Shown one piece after another: positions 1 through 6,310 of a stretch of 6,310 nucleotides of DNA (its first letter is position 1; every line of letters starts with the position of its first letter). The stretch lies in the IMG/VR virus record IMGVR_UViG_2660238309_000007, positions 1 to 6,310 of that record, one strand, 5' to 3'. A program made the position numbers and the translations under genes. The notes beneath the pieces are model-generated. The model made no database searches, was not told the DNA's origin, and saw only the letters and a list, made by a program, of their open reading frames with translations. This stretch comes from a virus. Taxonomy: Duplodnaviria > Heunggongvirae > Uroviricota > Caudoviricetes.

Positions 1-61
1 TGTTGTTCTGAGGTGAGCATATCACCTCTGTTCAGGTGGCCAAATTCAGTGTGCCACTTCA
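1..61. repeat. Left terminal inverted repeat, 61 bp, perfect reverse complement of 6249-6309
   Basis: Direct comparison: the reverse complement of 6249-6309 equals 1-61 base for base; the match breaks at 62 vs 6248. Internal hairpins: gaggtga (10-16) pairs with tcacctc (22-28) around a 5-nt loop, and gtggc (36-40) pairs with gccac (53-57). Confidence 0.9.
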
Positions 62-81
62 GACATTCTGAGGTGACAGCG

Positions 82-960
82 ATGATGACGTTTAACCTGC
101 GTGAACAACAAAAAAGACTACAGGCGCGAATGGATGAGTTACGGGCAGAGATTGCATTTGCTCAGAAGGGCGAAAAGCCATGGCCTTATCGTTCCTGCCT
201 GATGCGTGAAGGTCGCGGATATTGCGAAAAACATGGCGAATATCACACGCATATACTGGTGTGGAGCGATCGTAATGGCGAGGACAGAGAAGAAATTTCA
301 TGCTGCCCTGACTGCTTAATCGCTGAGGCCAACGATTTGACCATGGAGCTGTCGTCCATCAAGGCGGAAGAGCTGACTGATAACGCCGGAATTGCCCTGC
401 GTTTTCGGGACTGCGAGTTTGATAATTATCTGGAGGTTAATCCTGGCGCAGCCAGAAATCTTGCGGCCTGTCGCCGCTATGCGGAGAACTGGCCAGATAT
501 GCTGGAGAACGGTACCAGTCTTGTTATGACCGGCAGTTGTGGTACCGGAAAAAATCATCTGGCTGTGGCTATGGCAAAACACATCATCCGTAACTATCTG
601 GCCAGTGTGGAGATCACCGACGTGATGCGCCTTACCCGTGCTGTGAAAAATTGCTGGCGGAATGACAGCGAAAAAACAGCGGATGAAGTTATTGAGCGTT
701 ATGCGTCAATGGATTTGCTGATCATCGACGAAGTTGGCGTTCAGTTTGGCAGCGCGGCTGAAATGGCTATTTTGCAGGAAATTATCAACGCCAGGTACGA
801 AAGTATCTTGCCCACCATTCTGATCAGTAACCTCTCACCGGAAGAGTTGTGGGCGTTCATCAGTCCCCGAATTGCCGACAGGATCACAGACGGGGGACGC
901 AACTGGTTGTCGTTTAACTGGCCCAGTTACCGTTCTCGTATCAGAGGTGTGGCTGCATGA
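82..960 (+). CDS. DnaC/IstB-like AAA+ helicase loader (phage replication protein)
   Basis: Walker A GSCGTGKNHLAVAMA and Walker B LLIIDEVG in the translation; N-terminal Cys/His cluster (C-x7-C ... CCPDC). Start placed at ATG 82 (GAGGTG Shine-Dalgarno at 70-75) rather than the GTG at 13 of the ORF track. Stop overlaps the next start (ATGA at 957-960). Confidence 0.8.
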   Translation: MMTFNLREQQKRLQARMDELRAEIAFAQKGEKPWPYRSCLMREGRGYCEKHGEYHTHILVWSDRNGEDREEISCCPDCLIAEANDLTMELSSIKAEELTDNAGIALRFRDCEFDNYLEVNPGAARNLAACRRYAENWPDMLENGTSLVMTGSCGTGKNHLAVAMAKHIIRNYLASVEITDVMRLTRAVKNCWRNDSEKTADEVIERYASMDLLIIDEVGVQFGSAAEMAILQEIINARYESILPTILISNLSPEELWAFISPRIADRITDGGRNWLSFNWPSYRSRIRGVAA

Positions 961-2348
961 CAACTCCAGTATGGCGTAACGATGACCTTGAAGGCGCTGT
1001 CATCGGCGCGTTCTTTCTGCGCGGAGCAGATCCTGAAGTGATGGATATTCTGGCCACACTGCCAGCGGACGTTTTTTCTGTACGAGCGTATCAGGATATC
1101 TATACAGGCATCTGCAGACAGGCCCGTGTTTCAGGAGTGATTGACCCCGTGCTGTTGTGTAATGAGATGCCGGAACTTGCCCCGGTGATTACTGATACCG
1201 GGCGTAAAACCTGGGTGAAGTCTTCACTGGAGCACTATGTTGCAGCGTTGCGGCGCAATGCCGCACTGCGCGATGCAGAAAAAACACTGAATGAGGCGCT
1301 GCAGAAATTACGTGATGCGCATACCTGTGAAGCAGCTGAAGATGCCCTGAAGGATGCGCAGAACATGATGGTCACACTGTCGACAGGAAAGGGCGTCATT
1401 CAGCCGGTACATATTGATGATGTGCTTCCGGAAGTGGTTGAGCGTGTTGAATGCCGGAATCAGGGGCTGGAGAAATCCAGGACGTTGATGACCGGTATTG
1501 ATGAACTGGACGCAAAAACAGGCGGTATGGAGCCCGGAGACCTGGTATTCATTGCCGCCCGTCCTTCGATGGGGAAAACCGAACTTGCGCTGGACATCAT
1601 CGACAAGGTGACTGAGCAGGGGCATGGTGTGCTTCTGTTCACCATGGAGATGGCGAACATCCAGATTGGTGAACGTATGGTGTCTGCGGCTGGAGGGATG
1701 CCAGTATCACGCCTGAAATCTGTGGCTCACTTTGAAGATGAAGACTGGACGCGTTTCTCACAAGGGGTGGGGCGGATGACCGGGCGCAATATCTGGATGG
1801 TGGACCAGGCGAACCTGGCCATTGATGAGATATGCGCAACAACGAAACACCACCTGATTAAATATCCGGAAACGGCGCTGGTGGTGGTTGATTATCTCGG
1901 GCTGATAAAAACCCGAACCACGGGGCGTCATGACCTTGCCGTGGGTGAAATCTCAAAGGGGCTTAAAGGCCTGGCAAAATCCGGTGGTTTTCCGTTGATT
2001 GCGCTGAGCCAGCTCTCCCGCGGTGTGGAGTCCAGACCCAATAAACGTCCCATGAACTCAGACCTGAAAAATTCCGGAGAAATAGAGGCGGATGCAGACA
2101 TCATTCTGATGCTTTACAGGGATGAAGTGTACAACCCGGATACGCAGGCCAGGGGCATCGCAGAAATCAATATCACGAAACAACGTAACGGTTCTCTGGG
2201 AACGATTTACCGGCGTTTTTATAACGGACATTTTCTGCCTGTGGACCAGGAAAGTGCACGGGTGCTTTCCACTCCCATGAAGCCCGGCAATCCGCGCAGA
2301 TACAGTAATAAACGAACTGACAGCAGTAAGATGGAGCGTTTCTTTTGA
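957..2348 (+). CDS. DnaB-family replicative helicase
   Basis: N-terminal DnaB-like domain pattern (LEGAVIGAFFL ... YQDIYTGI), Walker A ARPSMGKTELALDI, Walker B LVVVDYLGLI, motif IALSQLSR and late RecA-fold motifs. GAGGTG Shine-Dalgarno at 944-949. ATGA overlap with the upstream loader implies translational coupling. Confidence 0.88.
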   Translation: MTTPVWRNDDLEGAVIGAFFLRGADPEVMDILATLPADVFSVRAYQDIYTGICRQARVSGVIDPVLLCNEMPELAPVITDTGRKTWVKSSLEHYVAALRRNAALRDAEKTLNEALQKLRDAHTCEAAEDALKDAQNMMVTLSTGKGVIQPVHIDDVLPEVVERVECRNQGLEKSRTLMTGIDELDAKTGGMEPGDLVFIAARPSMGKTELALDIIDKVTEQGHGVLLFTMEMANIQIGERMVSAAGGMPVSRLKSVAHFEDEDWTRFSQGVGRMTGRNIWMVDQANLAIDEICATTKHHLIKYPETALVVVDYLGLIKTRTTGRHDLAVGEISKGLKGLAKSGGFPLIALSQLSRGVESRPNKRPMNSDLKNSGEIEADADIILMLYRDEVYNPDTQARGIAEINITKQRNGSLGTIYRRFYNGHFLPVDQESARVLSTPMKPGNPRRYSNKRTDSSKMERFF

Positions 2349-2602
2349 ACAACCAGACAATGACTTTTACCCCTGAACAATTGCGTAAACACGCGCAGGA
2401 AATGCTGCGTCATGCTGAACAACTCGAAAAAACGGGCATAACAAAAGATGCTATCCGTAAAGATATGGTACCCGCGCTTCGGGAACTGATGCAGGCGAAG
2501 CATCGCGCACAGAAAGCAGTAGATGAGCTGGTGGACTGTGTGGCAGAGCTGGAAACCAGAGTCGGAAAGTTTGAAAAACTGGTGCAGGAGGCGCTGCGCT
2601 GA
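2345..2602 (+). CDS. Small hypothetical protein, predicted coiled-coil (about 80-85 aa)
   Basis: ORF in the track; start ambiguous between TTG 2345 (GGAG about 10 nt upstream, overlaps helicase stop) and ATG 2360. No recognisable catalytic motif. Position matches the small-gene nin/ren zone of lambdoid phages. Confidence 0.5.
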   Translation: MNNQTMTFTPEQLRKHAQEMLRHAEQLEKTGITKDAIRKDMVPALRELMQAKHRAQKAVDELVDCVAELETRVGKFEKLVQEALR

Positions 2603-2697
2603 TGCGCCATGAGTTTGTTTTGCCCTGGCTTGTGCGCGATCATTATGTCCCTGGTGGAAAGCCCGGGATAAAAATCACCGAACCGGAGAGTATTTGA
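2602..2697 (+). CDS. 31-aa micro-ORF, translationally coupled on both sides (hypothetical)
   Basis: ATG at 2602 overlaps the stop of the upstream ORF (TGATG) and its own TGA at 2695-2697 overlaps the ATG of the NinH-like gene (TGATG). Translation MRHEFVLPWLVRDHYVPGGKPGIKITEPESI. Not in the ORF track (too short). Confidence 0.3.
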   Translation: MRHEFVLPWLVRDHYVPGGKPGIKITEPESI

Positions 2698-2897
2698 TGA
2701 GCGTCAAAATTCAAACGATACCGGAACTGCTTATCCAGACACGAGGTAATATGACCGAAGTTTCACGAATGCTGAACTGTAATCGCGCCACGGTAAGAAA
2801 ATATGCTGAAGATAAAGAGGGCAAAGGGCACGCCATTGTTGATGGTGTTCTGATTGTTCATCGTGGATGGGACAGGGGTAAAGACAGTGATGCGTGA
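2697..2897 (+). CDS. ninH: NinH-like small DNA-binding protein with Fis-type helix-turn-helix
   Basis: 66 aa; [22 protein letters not shown] matches the Fis/NtrC-type HTH signature (TRGN-x-T ... R-x-T-hydrophobic-RK); size and position immediately upstream of Q match lambdoid NinH. GGAG at 2684-2687 upstream of ATG 2697. Recalled family resemblance, not searched. Confidence 0.75.
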   Translation: MSVKIQTIPELLIQTRGNMTEVSRMLNCNRATVRKYAEDKEGKGHAIVDGVLIVHRGWDRGKDSDA

Positions 2898-3270
2898 TAT
2901 TCAGCAGGTTCTTGAGCGCTGGGGCGCGTGGGTGGCTAATAATCATGAGGATGTGACCTGGTCGTCCATTGCTGCCGGTTTTAAGGGATTAATCCCTTCA
3001 AAAGTAAAATCCCGCCCGCAATGCTGTGACGATGACGCGATGGTTATATGTGGGTGTATGGCCCGCCTTAACCGGAACAACAACGATCTACATGACTTGC
3101 TGGTTGACTACTACGTGTTTGGGATGACATTCATGACGCTGGCGCGGAAGCATGGATGCTCAGATGGTTATATAGGAAAGAAGCTACAAAAAGCCGAGGG
3201 GGTGGTGGAAGGAATGTTGATGATGTTGGGTGTCCGGTTAGAAATGGACAAATATATTGAACATCCCTGA
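2890..3270 (+). CDS. Q-type late antiterminator (phage 82 / QuuD-like family)
   Basis: 126 aa from ATG 2890 (8-nt overlap with the NinH-like stop). Sequence [33 protein letters not shown] ... [16 protein letters not shown] resembles, from memory, the small Q antiterminators of cryptic lambdoid prophages. Followed by a short intergenic region and an intrinsic terminator as expected for a pR'/tR' cassette. Confidence 0.75.
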   Translation: MRDIQQVLERWGAWVANNHEDVTWSSIAAGFKGLIPSKVKSRPQCCDDDAMVICGCMARLNRNNNDLHDLLVDYYVFGMTFMTLARKHGCSDGYIGKKLQKAEGVVEGMLMMLGVRLEMDKYIEHP

Positions 3271-3356
3271 TGGTAAGGGGCGACTTTCTAGAAAATATTT
3301 TACGTACGTAAAAAACGGGATATTCTGTTAAGAGTGGTTGCTTCGCCACACAGCTT
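3271..3356 (+). promoter_or_regulatory. Expected location of late promoter (pR'-like) and Q-utilisation site
   Basis: Inferred from position between the Q stop and the terminator; AT-rich stretch with weak hexamers (ttttac 3298-3303, 17-bp spacer, tattct 3321-3326). No strong consensus match. Confidence 0.3.
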
Positions 3357-3382
3357 AAACCCGCCTCCGGGCGGGTTTTTTA
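3357..3382 (+). terminator. Rho-independent terminator (tR'-like)
   Basis: Stem cccgcc (3360-3365), loop tccg, stem ggcggg (3370-3375), then T-tract tttttt (3376-3381); an upstream aaa can pair with the T-tract. Confidence 0.75.
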
Positions 3383-3431
3383 TGCCTGAAAAACGGTACA
3401 GGACGTTAAACACGCTGGTGGTCAGATGAGT

Positions 3432-3460
3432 TTGCAGATGTGATGACATATGGTTATTAT
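3432..3460 (+). promoter_or_regulatory. Candidate sigma70 promoter for the tRNA array
   Basis: ttgcag (3432-3437), 17-bp spacer, tattat (3455-3460), about 10 nt upstream of the first tRNA. Moderate hexamer quality only. Confidence 0.35.
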
Positions 3461-3469
3461 TCTGCCTCC

Positions 3470-3546
3470 GGCCCTTTAGCTCAGTTGGTCAGAGCGAGCG
3501 ACTCATAATCGCCAGGTCGCTGGTTCAAGTCCAGCAAGGGCCACCA
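3470..3546 (+). tRNA. tRNA-Ile2 (anticodon CAU, presumably lysidine-modified, reads AUA)
   Basis: Cloverleaf read by hand: acceptor ggccctt/aagggcc, D-arm gctc...gagc, anticodon loop ctCATaa (CAT at 3504-3506), T-loop ttcaagt, discriminator a, encoded CCA. C4 and C5 in the acceptor stem and close similarity to enterobacterial ileX-type tRNA favour Ile2 over Met. Confidence 0.8.
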
Positions 3547-3547
3547 A

Positions 3548-3624
3548 CCACCACTAGCTCATCCGGATAGAGCATCAACCTTCTAAGTTGACGGTGCGAG
3601 GTTCGAGTCCTCGGTGGTGGGCCA
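3548..3624 (+). tRNA. tRNA-Arg (anticodon UCU, reads AGA/AGG)
   Basis: Acceptor ccaccac/gtggtgg (7 perfect pairs), D-arm gctc/gagc, anticodon stem tcaac/gttga with loop ctTCTaa (TCT at 3582-3584), T-arm cgagg-ttcgagt-cctcg, encoded CCA. Confidence 0.85.
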
Positions 3625-3626
3625 GC

Positions 3627-3702
<76 letters not shown>

Positions 3703-3705
3703 TAT

Positions 3706-3780
<75 letters not shown>

Positions 3781-3894
3781 TGACCTTTCTTAAAGTACTC
3801 CAACCTACTGAATCCTAAGGGATACGGCTTTAAGCCTCCTTGCAGAGTTACTTACTGTAACCCACTGTGTAACCCTCTCAGGGCATGCAGACAT

Positions 3895-5499
3895 ATGATT
3901 CAGCTATCCAGTAGTCACAAACTTCCAGCAGTCTACTATCTCTACCAGCGTAACGGCGTCTACTACTTCCGTCTTAGGGTCAGACAATCAAACAATGATA
4001 GAATGACCTCAATATCATTACGGACCAAGGATAGACGCACCGCTATGGCTTACTCAAGGCACATAAAGGCAGCACTCAAGGCAATACACGCAGACAGACC
4101 CAACGCTACCTATGAGGAAATGAGGGAACACCTTAAGGACATCGCTGAGTGTGAACTGTCTATGGGCCGTTCAGATCTCTTTGAGCCTGACATGAGGGAT
4201 ATCTACCGGGACCAATACGGAGAACTTGGTGAGAGCCTTACCGATGCTCTGGCTAGTGAGCCGCTAAGCATTGACCAGCATCGTTACATCAATGAGGCCC
4301 TGAAGGTGCTAAAAGCCTGTATGAGGCGTATCGAAGCGGGAGACAGTCAGCCTCTGATAGATTACGTCGATCTTTTTAATGATATTGATAGGCAAGATAA
4401 CCAAGCAGACTCTGTGTCCCTATCTGTTAATGCTCCAGAAGTAAAACCAGAAGTTACGCCTAGCATTACCATAGCGAGCCTCTTTGAACAATACGAAGCG
4501 GAGAACTATCAGAACTGGAAGCCTGCAACCTTAAGGGAAAACAAGGCGTCACACGCTGCGTTAATCGAAATATTCGACCATCTGGGTCTCAATGCAGACG
4601 CTAACAGGGCTGACATGCTTAGGGTCCGTGATGTGCTCCAGCAGTTACCTAGGAACCGTAAGCAGCGCTTCAAGGATGTCCCACTTGCTGACCTGTTGAG
4701 CCGTGAAGATAAGACAGATTGTCTGGATGTCGTTACCATCAACAACAAGTATCTTATTAAGATGGCTGCTGTCTTTAGGTGGGCTGTGCGCAATGACTTG
4801 ATTAAAAAGAACATGACTGAGGGTCTGGAGCTTAAAGTCCCTCAGCGTAAAGCCTCAGGGGCCCGTAACGCCTTCTCTACGGAGCAGGTGGGGCAACTAC
4901 TGGTCGCAGCTAAGGCATACTCTCAGAAGACCTCTGGTAAGCCGTATCATTATTATGTTACCGCCTTGGCTGCTATCACTGGGGCGAGACTCAATGAAAT
5001 AGCCCAACTACAGGTCAAAGACGTCAGGACCACTGAGGCGGGAACCGTTTATATTCATATCAATGAAGACGATAGTAGTCTACCCGGTAAGAGCATCAAG
5101 AACGCTCATAGTGACCGCTGTGTGCCTCTGGTCGATGGGGCCTATGGTTTTATATTGGCTGACTTTATGGCGCTTGTAGAGACCCGTAGAGGCGCTGACG
5201 GTGATGACGCTATGGTGTTCGATGGTCTGCGTCTCATGAAGAACGGTTACGGTGAGCAGGTGAGTAAATGGTTTAATCGGACGTTGTTGCCTAAAGTCCT
5301 CGTAGACCGTAGCGGCTTAGCGTTTCACTCGTTTAGACATACAGTTGCGGCCCAGTTAAAACAACATGGGGTCGAGTTGGCGTATGCACAGGCGATCATG
5401 GGGCATAGTTCAGGGTCTATTACGTACGACCGTTATGCTAAAGAGGTCGAGGTTGATAGGCTGGTCAATGTGATGGCTGATGTTTATAAGGAGACCTAG
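3895..5499 (+). CDS. Tyrosine recombinase / phage-type integrase (534 aa)
   Basis: C-terminal catalytic signature in the translation: ITGARLNEI (Arg), LAFHSFRHTVA (H-x-x-R), AIMGHSSG (His), SITYDRY (catalytic Tyr). N-terminal YYLYQRNGVYYFRLRV resembles an integrase N-terminal DNA-binding motif. Lies immediately 3' of the tRNA array. No strong Shine-Dalgarno upstream of ATG 3895. Confidence 0.88.
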   Translation: MIQLSSSHKLPAVYYLYQRNGVYYFRLRVRQSNNDRMTSISLRTKDRRTAMAYSRHIKAALKAIHADRPNATYEEMREHLKDIAECELSMGRSDLFEPDMRDIYRDQYGELGESLTDALASEPLSIDQHRYINEALKVLKACMRRIEAGDSQPLIDYVDLFNDIDRQDNQADSVSLSVNAPEVKPEVTPSITIASLFEQYEAENYQNWKPATLRENKASHAALIEIFDHLGLNADANRADMLRVRDVLQQLPRNRKQRFKDVPLADLLSREDKTDCLDVVTINNKYLIKMAAVFRWAVRNDLIKKNMTEGLELKVPQRKASGARNAFSTEQVGQLLVAAKAYSQKTSGKPYHYYVTALAAITGARLNEIAQLQVKDVRTTEAGTVYIHINEDDSSLPGKSIKNAHSDRCVPLVDGAYGFILADFMALVETRRGADGDDAMVFDGLRLMKNGYGEQVSKWFNRTLLPKVLVDRSGLAFHSFRHTVAAQLKQHGVELAYAQAIMGHSSGSITYDRYAKEVEVDRLVNVMADVYKET

Positions 5500-5587
5500 A
5501 GGAGACCATAGTCTAGGATGACACTTACTACAGACCTGTGTGGTCATGTTTTTGACTCATAGTTTTCTCTACTTGTCAAGGGATAAT

Positions 5588-5610
5588 TAATACGACTCAC
5601 TATAGGGAGA
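5588..5610 (+). promoter_or_regulatory. T7 RNA polymerase promoter, perfect 23-bp class III consensus (copy 1)
   Basis: taatacgactcactatagggaga at 5588-5610, exact match to the T7 consensus -17 to +6; predicted +1 G at 5605; transcription rightward on the + strand. Confidence 0.85.
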
Positions 5611-5708
5611 AGGGACACAAAAAGTTTTCTCTTCTAGGATGACACTTACTACAGACCTGTGCGGTCATGTTTTTGACTCATAGTTTTCTCTGCTTGTCAA
5701 GGGGTAAT

Positions 5709-5731
5709 TAATACGACTCACTATAGGGAGA
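5709..5731 (+). promoter_or_regulatory. T7 RNA polymerase promoter, perfect 23-bp consensus (copy 2)
   Basis: taatacgactcactatagggaga at 5709-5731; same orientation as copy 1. Confidence 0.85.
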
Positions 5732-5828
5732 AGGGACACAAAAAGTTTTCTCTTCTAGGATGACACTTACTACAGACCTGTGTGGTCATGTTTTTGACTC
5801 ATGGTTTTCTCTACTTGTCAAGGATAAT

Positions 5829-5851
5829 TAATACGACTCACTATAGGGAGA
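5829..5851 (+). promoter_or_regulatory. T7 RNA polymerase promoter, perfect 23-bp consensus (copy 3)
   Basis: taatacgactcactatagggaga at 5829-5851; same orientation. Confidence 0.85.
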
Positions 5852-6048
5852 AGGGACACAAAAAGTTTTCTCTTCTAGGACAACTAACCGTAACTTATCG
5901 CATCCTTTCAGGGGCGGGATGACCAATTACAGACACCAAGCGTTCTACTTAAAGTGAATGCTTCCTGTGTGCTCTGGGTCAGTCGATAAGTGAATAGCAA
6001 TAAGACACAATCATCTTAATTATGGTCTCTAGTCCCTACAGGGGCTTA

Positions 6049-6192
6049 ACTTAAAGTTAACTTAAAGACACAATTAAAGATTAACTTATAGTATTACTTA
6101 AAGTTAACTTAAAGACACAATTAGAGATTAACTTTAAGTATTAAATAAAAGATTTAATTAAAGACCAATTAAAGATTAACTCTAAGGGAATA
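6049..6192. repeat. AT-rich short tandem repeat array (TTAAAG / ACTTAAAG motifs; two 47-bp units plus degenerate copies)
   Basis: 6049-6095 (acttaaagttaacttaaagacacaattaaagattaacttatagtatt) and 6096-6142 differ at only 3 positions; 6143-6192 continues with degenerate aattaaag units. No ORF. Lies about 200 bp downstream of the third T7 promoter. Confidence 0.85.
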
Positions 6193-6248
6193 CCTTAAGG
6201 GGTGATGATATTTATAATAATCAATCACCAAACCTATAGGTCTTCTCT

Positions 6249-6309
6249 TGAAGTGGCACACTGAATTTGGCCACCTGAACAGAGGTGATATGCTCACCTC
6301 AGAACAACA
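6249..6309. repeat. Right terminal inverted repeat, 61 bp, perfect reverse complement of 1-61
   Basis: See left copy; perfect over 61 bp, with the same internal hairpins on the opposite strand. Confidence 0.9.
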
Positions 6310-6310
6310 C

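Larger units (their letters stand above)
5512..5880 (+). repeat. Three tandem direct repeats of about 121 bp, each containing a T7 promoter
   Basis: Unit boundaries marked by ctaggatg at 5513, 5634 and 5755 (periods 121 and 121; third unit carries a 1-bp deletion). Copies differ by a handful of substitutions (e.g. tgtggtcatg vs tgcggtcatg). The repeat breaks after ctagga at 5880. Confidence 0.92.

Noticed and set aside
13-81. GTG start at position 13 for the first ORF, as given in the ORF track
   Set aside because: That start lies inside the terminal inverted repeat and lacks a ribosome-binding site; ATG 82 has a GAGGTG Shine-Dalgarno 6 nt upstream and yields a loader of typical size. The 5' extension cannot be fully excluded.
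92-2643. Eight minus-strand ORFs of 66-105 aa from the six-frame track (92-301, 316-582, 1308-1625, 1460-1660, 1639-1842, 2058-2360, 2219-2503, 2410-2643)
   Set aside because: All lie antisense to and inside the well-supported + strand replication genes, with no recognisable motifs and low-complexity or Ser/Pro/Cys-rich translations; treated as shadow ORFs.
2854-2889. TTG-initiated 12-codon extension of the Q ORF (track start 2854)
   Set aside because: ATG 2890 gives an N-terminus (MRDIQ...) of typical Q length and overlaps the NinH-like stop in a coupled arrangement; the extension would overlap NinH coding sequence by 44 nt.
2731-3349. Minus-strand ORFs 2731-2946 and 3131-3349
   Set aside because: Antisense to the NinH-like and Q genes and to the promoter/terminator region; no motifs and no plausible ribosome-binding context.
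3383-3469. Toxin or lysis cargo downstream of Q, as often found in lambdoid phages
   Set aside because: No ORF of meaningful length exists between the terminator and the tRNA array; the position is occupied by tRNAs and the integrase instead.
3781-3894. Attachment-site core or terminator between tRNA-Gly and the integrase
   Set aside because: No convincing hairpin followed by a T-tract and no repeat of a tRNA 3' end found by eye; left unannotated.
4509-4814. Minus-strand 101-aa ORF inside the integrase gene
   Set aside because: Fully antisense to the integrase coding sequence; no motif support.
5518-5562. 14-codon ORF (MTLTTDLCGHVFDS) repeated in each 121-bp unit
   Set aside because: Too short, and the only purine-rich stretch abuts the ATG with no spacer; likely a coincidence of the repeat sequence. 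A leader peptide cannot be excluded.
5540-5587. Host sigma70 promoter inside each repeat unit (TTGACT and TTGTCA hexamers)
   Set aside because: No acceptable -10 hexamer at 16-18 bp spacing from either -35-like hexamer.
5512-5880. CRISPR array
   Set aside because: The three repeats are 121 bp, directly abutting, with no intervening unique spacers; not CRISPR architecture.

Overview
The window reads as a compact mosaic, almost entirely on the + strand. (1) 1-3400: a lambdoid-phage-like replication and late-regulation block: DnaC/IstB-like helicase loader, DnaB-family helicase, two small translationally coupled ORFs, a NinH-like Fis-type HTH protein, a Q-type antiterminator, then a tR'-like intrinsic terminator. 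(2) 3470-3780: four tightly packed tRNA genes (Ile2-CAU, Arg-UCU, Thr-UGU, Gly-UCC), all readers of A-ending codons. (3) 3895-5499: a 534-aa tyrosine integrase rich in the codons those tRNAs decode. (4) 5512-5880: three tandem ~121-bp repeats, each carrying a perfect 23-bp T7 RNA polymerase promoter consensus (TAATACGACTCACTATAGGGAGA) pointing rightward. (5) 6049-6192: an AT-rich TTAAAG-type short-repeat array downstream of those promoters. (6) The window ends are perfect 61-bp inverted repeats (1-61 vs 6249-6309). The most unusual signal is the T7 promoter array plus AT-rich repeats, which resembles a T7-type origin or genome-end region, placed next to an integrase and downstream of a Q/terminator cassette. 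I read this as a candidate integrative element that either parasitises or counters a T7-like phage; that is inference only, and no T7-like RNA polymerase or structural gene is in the window. All protein family calls rest on motifs I read in the translations, not on database searches.
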